A stretch of DNA of 64,000 bases from Candidatus Pacearchaeota archaeon (lineage in GTDB: Archaea > Nanobdellota > Nanobdellia > Pacearchaeales > GW2011-AR1), in contig JAGLGM010000001.1 in assembly GCA_023144035.1 (NCBI GenBank), positions 1,091 to 65,090 of the forward strand, written 5' to 3'. A model generated the notes under the pieces. The model was not told the origin of the DNA. It saw only the letters and a list, made by a program, of their open reading frames with translations, and ran no database searches. Below, piece by piece: positions 1 to 9,102 of the stretch (positions are counted from its first letter, which is position 1; each line of letters opens with the position of its first letter). Made by a program: the position numbers and the translations under genes.

Positions 1-696
1 TAAAGTATTATGTAATCGCTGAATCAATTTCCCATAGATTTTATTAAAAGGAGAATCTGGTTGTAACCCTAATAACTTAACCACCTCATCAAATTTATTT
101 TGGGTATTTGAATGATCTGCCCAGATTCTTAAATTATACAAATAAAAAAAAGGCGCAATAATATTTGAATCATCAAAAAGAATTTCTTTAAAAAATATTC
201 CTAATATTTTAATACCTCCAAGTTTTGAATCAAACTCTATCTGTTTAGAATCCAAATAAGAAATGAATTTATCCTTATTTATTGTCTCTATAAATTTCTC
301 ATGGAGGTCGCTGATTATTCTTTTAAAATCTTCCTTATTGTTAAATGTTATTCTTTTATATGCAGAACACATCTTTAATAAGTCATCAATCTGGACTAAA
401 TCAAAATTAAACATTTTAAAACCAAATTTTTCTTGAAATTCAATATTTATCTTGTTTAATAATAGAAATAACTTAACTTCTAAAATACTCTCTGTGAATA
501 TTGCATCCAACTGTCCTTTTTTAAAATCTGATTCTATATTTTTATCTGAAATTACATTATATGGTTTTAAAATTAATTTTAATTTGTCAGGTAATCTTTG
601 TAAGTCTCCCAACCAAAAAATTACATGGTCTTGGGAATTTATACCAAAAGGAATGGAATCATCTTCAAAAATTAAAGCCCCATATGTTTCACTCAT
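1..696 (-). CDS. hypothetical protein, N-terminal part (gene continues beyond window start)
   Basis: Manual translation of minus strand from ATG at 696 gives protein-like sequence MSETYGALIFEDDSIPFGINSQDHVIFWLGDLQRLPDKL... with no stop before position 1; the listed + ORF 452..712 lies antisense to it. Confidence 0.5.
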   Translation of the reverse strand, partial: MSETYGALIFEDDSIPFGINSQDHVIFWLGDLQRLPDKLKLILKPYNVISDKNIESDFKKGQLDAIFTESILEVKLFLLLNKINIEFQEKFGFKMFNFDLVQIDDLLKMCSAYKRITFNNKEDFKRIISDLHEKFIETINKDKFISYLDSKQIEFDSKLGGIKILGIFFKEILFDDSNIIAPFFYLYNLRIWADHSNTQNKFDEVVKLLGLQPDSPFNKIYGKLIQRLHNTL

Positions 697-845
697 AAAT
701 TCACAACTATAATTTTGGGAATAAATAAACGTAATTAGAGCTTCTTTTTCAAAATATACTGGCGTTAAAAAATTATCTCTTTGAGGGGAATAATCTTCTG
801 CGGAATCATAAATAAACTCAATTAACATTTTAATAAATATTATTT

Positions 846-1541
846 TTATTTCAATAAATCTGAAATTTTCTCTAATTCTTTTTTAATTGTGTAACATTCA
901 TGTTGGAATGATTGAATAAAATTCTTATTCAAAATTATTTCTTTTTCATCTTTTCCTTGTTTATATTTTATAAAATACACTCTTTTTTTGTTATCAAAAT
1001 CCCCTAAGATGTGTGCAACTTGATTTCTAATCTCTTGAATCCACTTAATTTTTTCATAAAAATTTTTACTAATATCTTTTAAATTCATTCTTACAAGCAC
1101 CTTCCTCTTTTGCTCAAAAGAAAAAAACTCTTTTCTTAAGACATCTTTCTCAAACTTTTCTTTTTTATCTTGATCTTCAAGATAATACTCTTTTATTATT
1201 TTATCCAAGAGATATTCTATTTCTATTGCTTCTCTTATGATTATTCCAAGAATAGTAGAATAGGTAGAAATTTCTTCAATAGCGATAGGAATTTGAGCCT
1301 TTTCAATCTCAAAAGAATCATAATCAATTTCATCATCTTCTCCATCATAAATAGAGGGAACCTCAAACAAACCATGAAATCCACATTCTCCACACTCATA
1401 GGGATGGTTAAATCCCGCGTCATAATCTGCCTGTTGCCCTTCAGTCATCTCTCCTTGATCTAATTCTTCCATCTGATTTTTACATTTTGGACAAATAATT
1501 ATATGTTCTCCTGGCAAAAATTCTTCTCCATCTCCCATCAA
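846..1541 (-). CDS. zinc-ribbon plus HEPN-like (Abi-type, IRNQVAH = Rx4H) domain protein
   Basis: N-terminal CPKC...CGEC ribbon, acidic linker, C-terminal helical domain with EIRNQVAH motif typical of AbiD/F-like HEPN domains. Confidence 0.55.
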   Translation of the reverse strand: MMGDGEEFLPGEHIIICPKCKNQMEELDQGEMTEGQQADYDAGFNHPYECGECGFHGLFEVPSIYDGEDDEIDYDSFEIEKAQIPIAIEEISTYSTILGIIIREAIEIEYLLDKIIKEYYLEDQDKKEKFEKDVLRKEFFSFEQKRKVLVRMNLKDISKNFYEKIKWIQEIRNQVAHILGDFDNKKRVYFIKYKQGKDEKEIILNKNFIQSFQHECYTIKKELEKISDLLK

Positions 1542-1609
1542 TCTCCCAAGAATTACTTGATTTTATAGTTTTCTCTTTAGAAACACCCACGCCAAAAGAG
1601 TAGGGAAAG

Positions 1610-2239
1610 TTATCCATACTTTTCATTGTAATATTTATCAAAATTTTCTCTTTCTTTTTCATTATCTTTATTTTTTAAAATAGGAATATATGATTCAAAG
1701 TCCTTTTTTATTTCTTTTAAAAATAAAGAAGGATCCACTGTAATCCATTCTTCCCCATCAATATTGAATGTAAAAAAAGGAACACTTAAACCATATCTTA
1801 GGAGAGCACCTTTCCTTGTCATTCCGTCATGGAAAAGTCCGTGTCTTATTTTATCAATGAAATATTTGAGAATACTTTCTTCAGTAGTGGGAAAAATTCT
1901 TTTTAATGCTCTTTCTAACATCTCTGTGCTTTCTCCTTGTGATACTCTCCCTTCCCTAAATTGTTGATTCCCTTCAAGATAATTCACACAAATCATTAAG
2001 ACAATAAACTCTGAATTTTTTTCTTTTGTTAATTTTTCTGCAAAATCAAGAAACCATCCTTTTACCCTGTCTTCATAGATTAAAATATTTGTTTCTATAT
2101 TTTCTTCCAAAATTTTATCAACTTCATAAGGTTCTTTTTCAGATTTTAAAGTAATAATTTTATTTGAGAATTCAGGACTTTTATAATAATTGGGACTAAG
2201 AGAACCAACGCCTTTCACAATCAGAATTTTATCTTCCAT
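1610..2239 (-). CDS. hypothetical protein, possible HEPN-like C-terminal half (KIRHGLFH)
   Basis: 209-aa ORF, start 2 nt after stop of upstream gene; R-x4-H motif in helical C-terminal half. Confidence 0.45.
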   Translation of the reverse strand: MEDKILIVKGVGSLSPNYYKSPEFSNKIITLKSEKEPYEVDKILEENIETNILIYEDRVKGWFLDFAEKLTKEKNSEFIVLMICVNYLEGNQQFREGRVSQGESTEMLERALKRIFPTTEESILKYFIDKIRHGLFHDGMTRKGALLRYGLSVPFFTFNIDGEEWITVDPSLFLKEIKKDFESYIPILKNKDNEKERENFDKYYNEKYG

Positions 2240-2241
2240 TT

Positions 2242-2706
2242 TTATTCCTCCTTCTCTAAATAACCACTAACTCTGTTTTGTTTAGATTCTAAAGCCTTTT
2301 TTAATAACTCAACCCCTTTATTATTCTTACACCAATTATGTTTTATTAGGGAAGAATTTGTTAACTCTCTTTGATTCTTTTCTTTATTAAAATTTGATTT
2401 TTGATAAAATTTTTCTGAGGGCATACAAAAGAAATCTCCAGTATTTATATTGTGACAAACTATAAAAAAATTAAAGTTTGGTTTGAAGTCTTTTATAAAA
2501 AAGACATCTTCATCACTTTGAATATCTCTACTTTTAACTTGAATTTCTACCAGTCCCCCTTCTCTATCTTTAATTATTAAATCTGTTCCAGTATCTACTA
2601 CTGGCACAAAGACATCAAAATCATTTTTTAACAACTCAGAAATAATGTGGTATTCTATTGCTTTACCTTTTTTTGTATTATTTTTTGTTATCATTTTTAA
2701 AACCAT
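2242..2706 (-). CDS. PD-(D/E)xK nuclease-fold protein (Hjc/restriction endonuclease-like)
   Basis: AIEYHIISE...VDTGTDLII...LVEIQVK matches E / D / ExK arrangement of PD-(D/E)xK nucleases. Confidence 0.5.
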   Translation of the reverse strand: MVLKMITKNNTKKGKAIEYHIISELLKNDFDVFVPVVDTGTDLIIKDREGGLVEIQVKSRDIQSDEDVFFIKDFKPNFNFFIVCHNINTGDFFCMPSEKFYQKSNFNKEKNQRELTNSSLIKHNWCKNNKGVELLKKALESKQNRVSGYLEKEE

Positions 2707-3382
2707 ATTTAATTAAGATAATTGTTCTTGAAAAAGCCCATAACAGAGCTCCTGTTGAAAAAAATATAAAAATAAATTTAATTATTTTGTGAAATAGATT
2801 GGATTCAAGATAAACTTCTCCTTGTGGAAATAAAACAATAGTTTGTTTTTTATCAATTCCTTCTTGAGTTATACAAGTATTCTCACTTATAATCCAAATA
2901 CAATCAGATTTATTCACTATTTTAGGTAAAAGTTCAATTTCAGGAATTTCAAGATCAAATTCATATCTTAAATTAAATGTTATCTTTGAACCTTCTTTTG
3001 AAATTTTAAAACACTTTTTTCCAACTATGTTATAATATTCCCCTTTATTATAACTTGCATAAAAGCTTTGATTTGTTAGAGATTTATCTTTCTCAAAACA
3101 AATTCTATCTCTAGCATTTCCCAAATAAATGATCTTCCAAAAAATACTATTAAAATCCCCTGAAACTACATCTTCTTGAGTTAAATCAAATGAACCAATA
3201 TTAAGATAAGTTGTATCATTTTCTTTAATTTTTTCAACATCGTTTGAATATATTTTCAAATCAGGGAGAATGAAAAAATTAATGTATAAAGCGCATAAAA
3301 AGATAATTAAAAATATTAATATTTTTGATTTTTTGTTCCAAAGTCTTTTGATTTTCTTCATACTCTTATAAGTTTTGGGCAA
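2678..3382 (-). CDS. membrane-anchored hypothetical protein (N- and C-terminal TM segments)
   Basis: 234-aa ORF, hydrophobic segments at both ends, overlaps start of downstream nuclease-like gene (operon). Confidence 0.45.
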   Translation of the reverse strand: MPKTYKSMKKIKRLWNKKSKILIFLIIFLCALYINFFILPDLKIYSNDVEKIKENDTTYLNIGSFDLTQEDVVSGDFNSIFWKIIYLGNARDRICFEKDKSLTNQSFYASYNKGEYYNIVGKKCFKISKEGSKITFNLRYEFDLEIPEIELLPKIVNKSDCIWIISENTCITQEGIDKKQTIVLFPQGEVYLESNLFHKIIKFIFIFFSTGALLWAFSRTIILIKYGFKNDNKK

Positions 3383-3460
3383 TTTTATAGTTTTCTATAT
3401 TAAATGAAATAATCTTTAGAATTGCATAAAATACTTAAGGGTTTTTATAAATAAAAAAAT

Positions 3461-4282
3461 ATGGAAGAGAAATATAAAATTTCAATGGAAGAATTAATTT
3501 TACTTTTACTTGCATTCTTTTTCTTTTTTGTAATGTTCATTTTTTTAATAAAAATGAATTTTTTAATTTATTTTTTCTTTTTTTTAGTCTCTGCCACACT
3601 TATTCTCCTTTTTCCTATATTTTTAAAAAATAAATTACATAGAAGGTTTTTACTAAAGTGTTCACTTTTTCCGATATTTTTTATTTTGATTTTGATCTTT
3701 GTCCTATTTTGTTTTAATAATTATGAAGAAAAGGGTCAAAATTTAATCCCTTACGAAATAGAATTTGATGCATACATTGTAAATAATTCTATTACTCCTG
3801 GAAAACTTAATATGGATTTATTAAAAGCAAACGAAATATGGAATGAGCAGAATATCTTTTTGAGAATTAAAGAAACATTTTATATTGAAGAAATAGATTT
3901 CCTTGAAGAATCTTTTTTATTAAATGTAGATGCTACTAATAAATCAGAATGTTTAAAATATAATGAGATCATTTCATTTTCTAATAAAAGTGAACTAAGA
4001 TTAATTTTGCTTGATTCGGAGTCTAATCACAGAGGAAGAGGATGTATTTGTGGATGTGATTCAATAGTTGTTGATATTAAAAAAGAATTATCTCTTGATT
4101 TGACTGGATGGAACATTGCACATGAATTTGGCCATCTTTTTGGGCAGTTTGATATAAAAAATAGGTATAATTTAATGTGTGATCAACTTAAAGTAATAAA
4201 ACCTTCTTTCTTAAATAAAAAACAAATTTACTCACTGACAAGAAATACTTTTATATCGTCTTCAGTTAAAATTTATAATTAA
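3461..4282 (+). CDS. membrane-anchored putative zinc metallopeptidase (HExxH)
   Basis: Multi-TM N-terminus; IAHEFGHLFG contains HExxH zinc-binding motif. Confidence 0.5.
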   Translation: MEEKYKISMEELILLLLAFFFFFVMFIFLIKMNFLIYFFFFLVSATLILLFPIFLKNKLHRRFLLKCSLFPIFFILILIFVLFCFNNYEEKGQNLIPYEIEFDAYIVNNSITPGKLNMDLLKANEIWNEQNIFLRIKETFYIEEIDFLEESFLLNVDATNKSECLKYNEIISFSNKSELRLILLDSESNHRGRGCICGCDSIVVDIKKELSLDLTGWNIAHEFGHLFGQFDIKNRYNLMCDQLKVIKPSFLNKKQIYSLTRNTFISSSVKIYN

Positions 4283-4298
4283 TAAATTTTATTAAGAT

Positions 4299-4511
4299 TT
4301 ATTTTAATTTAGTCCTTGCATTTACTTTAACAAATCTTAAGTCTTTTTCTAAATAAATTATCCTATCTCCAGTTGTAAGGTCGGGTTTTATACCTCTTTG
4401 AGAAGAAGAATGCTCACATTCCTTAAATTCTTGTAAGTTTTTAAGTTCAAATAAATTTTTAAGACATTTATTTATTTTTGATATAAGTTTTTTATGTTGT
4501 TGCTTATTCAT
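4299..4511 (-). CDS. small hypothetical protein
   Basis: 70-aa ORF 43 nt downstream of serine recombinase gene. Confidence 0.3.
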   Translation of the reverse strand: MNKQQHKKLISKINKCLKNLFELKNLQEFKECEHSSSQRGIKPDLTTGDRIIYLEKDLRFVKVNARTKLK

Positions 4512-4554
4512 TTTGTTTTTAATACCTCTATATTCTAAATAAAAACGTCCGTTT

Positions 4555-5112
4555 TTAATTAATTTGTGATTCTTGTTTTTTACCTTTAAAACCTACATTT
4601 TTTAGCATACCCCTTTTTAATCCAATGTCCGACCTTCTTTTACGTGATTTTTTATCTTTTCCTCTCTTTCCAATTTTATGTTTATTTTTACTTGCTTGAA
4701 GACCTGCTTTTGTTCTTTCAGATATTTTCTCACGTTCTATTTTTGCAATTGTTGAAATGATTGATAAAACAACATCTTTGAATTGCCCAACACTCTTAAA
4801 ATATTGTTCTTGATAACTTTCCCATTCAATTCCTAAATTTTCAAGTTCTTTTAATTTTTGTAATGTGAATAAAGTTCCTGCCCTTGAAAATCTTGAGAGA
4901 TCCCAGAATAAAACCAAATCAAACAATCTTTTATGAGCATCTTTAAACATCTTATCATAAGAAGGTCTGTTTGTCTCTTTTCCTGAGATCACATCTATAT
5001 ATTCCCTAAAAATCTCATAATTGCATTTTTTACAATATTCTCTAAGTTGAAGTAACTGGTTGTTTACTTCTTGCTTATCTGTGCTTACCCTAACATATAT
5101 TCCTATTTTCAT
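4555..5112 (-). CDS. serine recombinase (resolvase/invertase family), small form
   Basis: N-terminal IGIYVRVSTDKQ catalytic motif of serine recombinases; basic C-terminal tail without obvious HTH. Confidence 0.75.
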   Translation of the reverse strand: MKIGIYVRVSTDKQEVNNQLLQLREYCKKCNYEIFREYIDVISGKETNRPSYDKMFKDAHKRLFDLVLFWDLSRFSRAGTLFTLQKLKELENLGIEWESYQEQYFKSVGQFKDVVLSIISTIAKIEREKISERTKAGLQASKNKHKIGKRGKDKKSRKRRSDIGLKRGMLKNVGFKGKKQESQIN

Positions 5113-5188
5113 TTTTATGTGTTATTTTTAGTCTCCCACTTTATTAAACCTCTTTACATACTTATTGAAAGTGTCTTTGTATGTCCTA

Positions 5189-5527
5189 TTATAATAGCTT
5201 GATATAATCTCTAAATTGATTTTGATATTTATTCTTTATTATATGTTTCATGCTTACAATCTTTTTCATATACATTATATAAATAACACACTTTATTTTA
5301 TCACTTCCTAATTTGTTACAATTTAGAACACTTCTAACTTCTTTATAGATGTCTGTTATTATTGCTTCTCTCTTTGGCTCCCCAGTTAAAAACAAATAAA
5401 TAATATCAAAGATCAATCTATCAAGGGTTGTCAAAACCATGCTATTCCCTTTTCTTAATTTAATTCTTTTATAGGATTGTGGCCTGATTAATTTGTAGAA
5501 TTCATCTACTATGATATAATCCCTCAT
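5189..5527 (-). CDS. hypothetical protein
   Basis: 112-aa ORF, start/stop coupled with upstream ORF. Confidence 0.35.
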   Translation of the reverse strand: MRDYIIVDEFYKLIRPQSYKRIKLRKGNSMVLTTLDRLIFDIIYLFLTGEPKREAIITDIYKEVRSVLNCNKLGSDKIKCVIYIMYMKKIVSMKHIIKNKYQNQFRDYIKLL

Positions 5528-5976
5528 TATAAAAATTCAGAAGGAGTATACTCTTCTTCCTCCCCTTCATTATCTTTAACGTCTTCTTCATTGTCTTCGT
5601 TTCCAGAAACCAATTCAGAGTTATATTTTTCTTTATTTTCTTCATCTAAGTTTTCAATCTTCTTTGAAATGTGTGATTCTATTTCCTTTATTCCTTTTTT
5701 AATTGCTTCATCAATATCTTTTAAGAAATCTTTTTTTGTTTTATCTATTTGTTTTTTTAATTTTTCAATATCTTTTTTGAAAGCTTTTACTTCGGAATTT
5801 TTTTCATTAACTTTTTTATTTTCCAAACCTTTAAGATTTCTTGATATTTTTTGGATCTCTTTTAATTTATCTTGTGTGATAAATTCTCCATTAAGTGTTT
5901 TAAGAAATCCTAAGAGATCTCTTTCTTCAACCAGTTTCTTTTCCCCATGCCATATAAAGTTTTTTTCAAATACCAT
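5527..5976 (-). CDS. hypothetical coiled-coil/acidic protein
   Basis: 149-aa ORF, K/E-rich heptad-like sequence, acidic C-terminus. Confidence 0.4.
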   Translation of the reverse strand: MVFEKNFIWHGEKKLVEERDLLGFLKTLNGEFITQDKLKEIQKISRNLKGLENKKVNEKNSEVKAFKKDIEKLKKQIDKTKKDFLKDIDEAIKKGIKEIESHISKKIENLDEENKEKYNSELVSGNEDNEEDVKDNEGEEEEYTPSEFL

Positions 5977-6026
5977 TTTATTGATTATAAAAAGCCACAG
6001 AAAAATTAATTGTGGCCAATCTCAAA

Positions 6027-6212
6027 TTATGCAGATTTTTTTGAATGCGCATCATCAATAACAATTTCTGCAACTCTTTCAGCAAAGTTGAGGATGAATT
6101 CGTGATGTTTTAGAAAATCAAATAAACTAAACCCTCCTTCTGTTTCTTCTTTCAAAGTAAACCATAAAGCATTTTCTATTTGTTTTTCACTAATTATTTC
6201 TTTTGATGTCAT
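6027..6212 (-). CDS. small hypothetical protein
   Basis: 61-aa ORF. Confidence 0.25.
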   Translation of the reverse strand: MTSKEIISEKQIENALWFTLKEETEGGFSLFDFLKHHEFILNFAERVAEIVIDDAHSKKSA

Positions 6213-6338
6213 TATTTTTTAACCTCCTTTTTAACTTTGTTAAAAATTCTGTGAATCTATTTAACATGCAATTTTTTTGATAAATTTCTTTAACTTGTTC
6301 TAATTTATTCATTTCACAAAATAATTTTGATTTATTTT

Positions 6339-6557
6339 TCATGGTTTATTGAAAAATGATTTAGTTACGTTAAAAATATTTTTTGTAAATGCCTGAGTTT
6401 GATTAGAATAATCTTTCATAATTGTTGTGTTTGTTGCTTTTTCAATTAAGAAAACTGAGGTTGGTTTTCCTAAAACAAATATATCAAAAATCCACCATAG
6501 GATATATAGTATTATTAAAATAACTGCTACTTGAACGATTCCTTTTTTATTTTTCAT
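6339..6557 (-). CDS. small membrane protein
   Basis: 72-aa ORF with one TM helix. Confidence 0.3.
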   Translation of the reverse strand: MKNKKGIVQVAVILIILYILWWIFDIFVLGKPTSVFLIEKATNTTIMKDYSNQTQAFTKNIFNVTKSFFNKP

Positions 6558-8307
6558 CTTTTTTAGAACCCTCTAATTTAATTTCATCGTCACATTCGTC
6601 ACCTTTCGTCACATTCGTCACACTTTTGATTTTTTTCTTTATTAATTCGTCACCTTTCGTCACACTTTTAGATGGATTCGTCACAAGGATTTCTTTATTT
6701 AAGAGTAATTGTGATGATTGTGATGATTGTGATAAATTATTTACTAAATTTGGGCAGATAGGGTTAATAATTGATTCAAAAATTATAGAATTGATAATAT
6801 ATTTTGCTCCATCTCTATCTTTTGGTTCTTTATATTCTCTAAAACCAAGATTATCTATTTTAGTTGAAAATCCTTTTTCTCTAGAAACATTTTCAGAACC
6901 ATACAAATCAATATATTTCTTTCTAACTTCTTTAGGCCTAATAATATCCGTGTCTTGAATAATATCTTTTATAATTTTCAGAATTTTATAATCAAAACTA
7001 TCTTCTGGAATAAAATCTTCTCTCCTTTGTCCAGACATTTTTTCAGCAAAAGTAGAAATTTCTAAAAATAATTCATCATCAATTAATTTTGATATTGCTA
7101 AAAGGGGTTTCCAAATTTGTAAATCTCTTTTTTTTAATTTTAAATCAGAATAAAAGGATTCATTTCTATAATTTATTTCAATATTTTTCCAATACTTTAA
7201 AGAAAATAAATAAAGGTAATCTCTAATCATAGACCATTCTATATCTGAATCTACAATTTCCATTTCCCCTCTTGAATCTGTATTTGGACTTCTTGTACAT
7301 ATTTGAGTTATACATCTACTTTCAGTTGCTCCAAATAAACCCTTAATAGAAGAAATCATACAAGGAGAAAAAGTATTATAATAAATTGTCTTAAATCTGT
7401 TATTAATTTTTTCTACCCTCGGAACAGCTGAACCTTTCTTATAACTCCCATTAATTAATTCTACCCTGTTATCTGGCTCCATTTGTCCTTGATTCCATCT
7501 AAATAATTTCTCTGCTTCATCAAAATATTTAGTTGGTCTTTTCTCATGAGATTCTCTAAATAATGTTGCTTCACTTGGATTAATCATTATTCCAGTAGAA
7601 TTAAAAGAAAGATTTTTGCTAATTTCCATTCTTTTACTCTTTGCTGTTTCTTGCATACCTCTTTTCTCAGAAATAGGAAAAGCATCAAATAATTGATAAA
7701 AATAAGTTCCAATATCCCAAAGACTATTTATTTTATTCCAAATTGGGTTGTGTTCAAAAATATATTTGCCATATTGCTTTTCAACTTTATCAAAAAGTTC
7801 TTTAGGTTCTAAATCTGGAGTTTCACCTTCTCCTTTCAAAAATTCATTTATAGATTCTAAACTCCATCTCAAATTAATATTGTCTGGAACAACATCAAAT
7901 TTTATTTTATGTTCTTGCTCCATCTCTTTAGTAACTTCTAAAATATTTCTATCTGAAGAAATAATTACTGGTTTCCAAATTTGTTCTTTTGAAACAACTT
8001 CTCCAACTTTATTAGTCACAGGTTCATTTTTAGGCAAATAAATTCCATATCCAAAAAGATTCTCATTAAATTTTGTTTGAGTGAATGTTCTTGTTTTATG
8101 TACATCATCTTCATTAAAAATATAATTAATCATAATTTTCTTCTTTCTATCTAAATCTAAAGGAGAAACTTTTACATCCACTTGTCCAATTTTAACTTCG
8201 TCTTTAATTCCTTTAAGAACTATTGAACCATCATTCTTAATTTCAGAATGTTTCTCTAAGTCTTCTTTCAACATTTTAGAATATTTCCTTTTATCTTTTT
8301 TATTCAT
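6547..8307 (-). CDS. large hypothetical protein of integrated element (possible replication-associated)
   Basis: 586-aa ORF; no recognisable catalytic motif; 3' end carries phased GTGACGA repeats. Confidence 0.55.
   Translation of the reverse strand: MNKKDKRKYSKMLKEDLEKHSEIKNDGSIVLKGIKDEVKIGQVDVKVSPLDLDRKKKIMINYIFNEDDVHKTRTFTQTKFNENLFGYGIYLPKNEPVTNKVGEVVSKEQIWKPVIISSDRNILEVTKEMEQEHKIKFDVVPDNINLRWSLESINEFLKGEGETPDLEPKELFDKVEKQYGKYIFEHNPIWNKINSLWDIGTYFYQLFDAFPISEKRGMQETAKSKRMEISKNLSFNSTGIMINPSEATLFRESHEKRPTKYFDEAEKLFRWNQGQMEPDNRVELINGSYKKGSAVPRVEKINNRFKTIYYNTFSPCMISSIKGLFGATESRCITQICTRSPNTDSRGEMEIVDSDIEWSMIRDYLYLFSLKYWKNIEINYRNESFYSDLKLKKRDLQIWKPLLAISKLIDDELFLEISTFAEKMSGQRREDFIPEDSFDYKILKIIKDIIQDTDIIRPKEVRKKYIDLYGSENVSREKGFSTKIDNLGFREYKEPKDRDGAKYIINSIIFESIINPICPNLVNNLSQSSQSSQLLLNKEILVTNPSKSVTKGDELIKKKIKSVTNVTKGDECDDEIKLEGSKKDEK
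6584..6730. repeat. seven GTGACGA/TCGTCAC copies at ~10-bp phasing plus 3x GTGATGATT
   Basis: TCGTCAC at ~6587, 6597, 6607, 6617, 6657, 6667, 6678; tgtgatgattgtgatgattgtgata at ~6705-6730; inside the C-terminal coding region of 6547..8307. Confidence 0.6.
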
Positions 8308-8642
8308 CCTTTCTTTTCTCCAAATTTATGCTTTTTAGAAGCTAAAATAGATAGTTTACCCCCAATATCTAAAGATGTTAAGAGCTTGTGTAAGAGTTCT
8401 TGTTGCTTATTTATAGATTCAATTAGGTTATTTATGTCTTGAGCATTGAAATCCTTTATTTTTAAAGAAACATAATTTTTTAAAAGACATTCTAAGTTTT
8501 CAAAAAACCAAAAAGGCCGATCATCTTTTAAGAGAATCCATTGAAATTTATCTGCACTAAAAGAGTATCGTTGATCTAATTTAATAACCATTTGAAGAAA
8601 CCTCCTGAATAGAGGAAATTGCATCTTTAGACAATGAAACAC
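8304..8642 (-). CDS. hypothetical protein
   Basis: 112-aa ORF overlapping neighbour. Confidence 0.3.
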   Translation of the reverse strand: MFHCLKMQFPLFRRFLQMVIKLDQRYSFSADKFQWILLKDDRPFWFFENLECLLKNYVSLKIKDFNAQDINNLIESINKQQELLHKLLTSLDIGGKLSILASKKHKFGEKKG

Positions 8643-8766
8643 GATTGCCCCGAATATCTAAGAGATCCAAACTATTTTCATCTGCATCTAAAACCTCTCC
8701 AATGTAATAGTAATCGTTTTTAAGAATTATTTTAATTCTAAGTCCAATATAATTAATTAAGTTCAT
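8581..8766 (-). CDS. small protein with Sm-like sequence pattern
   Basis: IKIILKNDYYYIGEVLDADENSLDLLDIRGNRVSLSKDAISSI resembles Sm1/Sm2 motif spacing; weak. Confidence 0.25.
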   Translation of the reverse strand: MNLINYIGLRIKIILKNDYYYIGEVLDADENSLDLLDIRGNRVSLSKDAISSIQEVSSNGY

Positions 8767-8887
8767 TTTTATTAAATTTTAAGATTTATCCACCTCTTTA
8801 TGAATTTTAATTTTTTCTCTGGCTTCTTTTGAATCTTTTATGAATCTATTTGCTTTTTCCTTGAGATCTTCTATATTTAGAAAAGGA

Positions 8888-9031
8888 TTATTTTGATTTT
8901 CCATTTTTCTCTAAAAACTCCTTTATTGCTATTTTTATTACATTAGATCTAGAGCGGGATTCATTTTTGGCAATTTTATCTAATCTTTTTAAAAATTCCT
9001 TATCTATTTGGAAAGAGACTAAATTATTCAT
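8888..9031 (-). CDS. ribbon-helix-helix (CopG/Arc-like) DNA-binding protein, 47 aa
   Basis: Manually translated MNNLVSFQIDKEFLKRLDKIAKNESRSRSNVIKIAIKEFLEKNGKSK; beta-strand then two helices typical of RHH; below ORF-track length cutoff. Confidence 0.5.
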   Translation of the reverse strand: MNNLVSFQIDKEFLKRLDKIAKNESRSRSNVIKIAIKEFLEKNGKSK

Positions 9032-9102
9032 AGTTCATAATATTTAGTTAAGTTTATAAACTATTATTTATTTAATAAATAATAGAAATTAAATAACAGT
9101 TT

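Noticed and set aside
452-712. Listed + strand ORF of 86 aa.
   Set aside because: Antisense to a longer minus-strand reading frame (1..696) whose translation is protein-like. The + ORF product is low-complexity.
1170-1463. Listed + ORF (97 aa) and minus ORFs 1241..1423 and 1480..1662.
   Set aside because: Overlap the better-supported Zn-ribbon/HEPN gene 846..1541 or the short spacer. Low-complexity products.
5591-6061. Listed + strand 156-aa ORF.
   Set aside because: Antisense shadow of the K/E-rich gene 5527..5976. The Ser/Phe-rich product is typical of reverse-complement of AAG/GAA-rich coding DNA.
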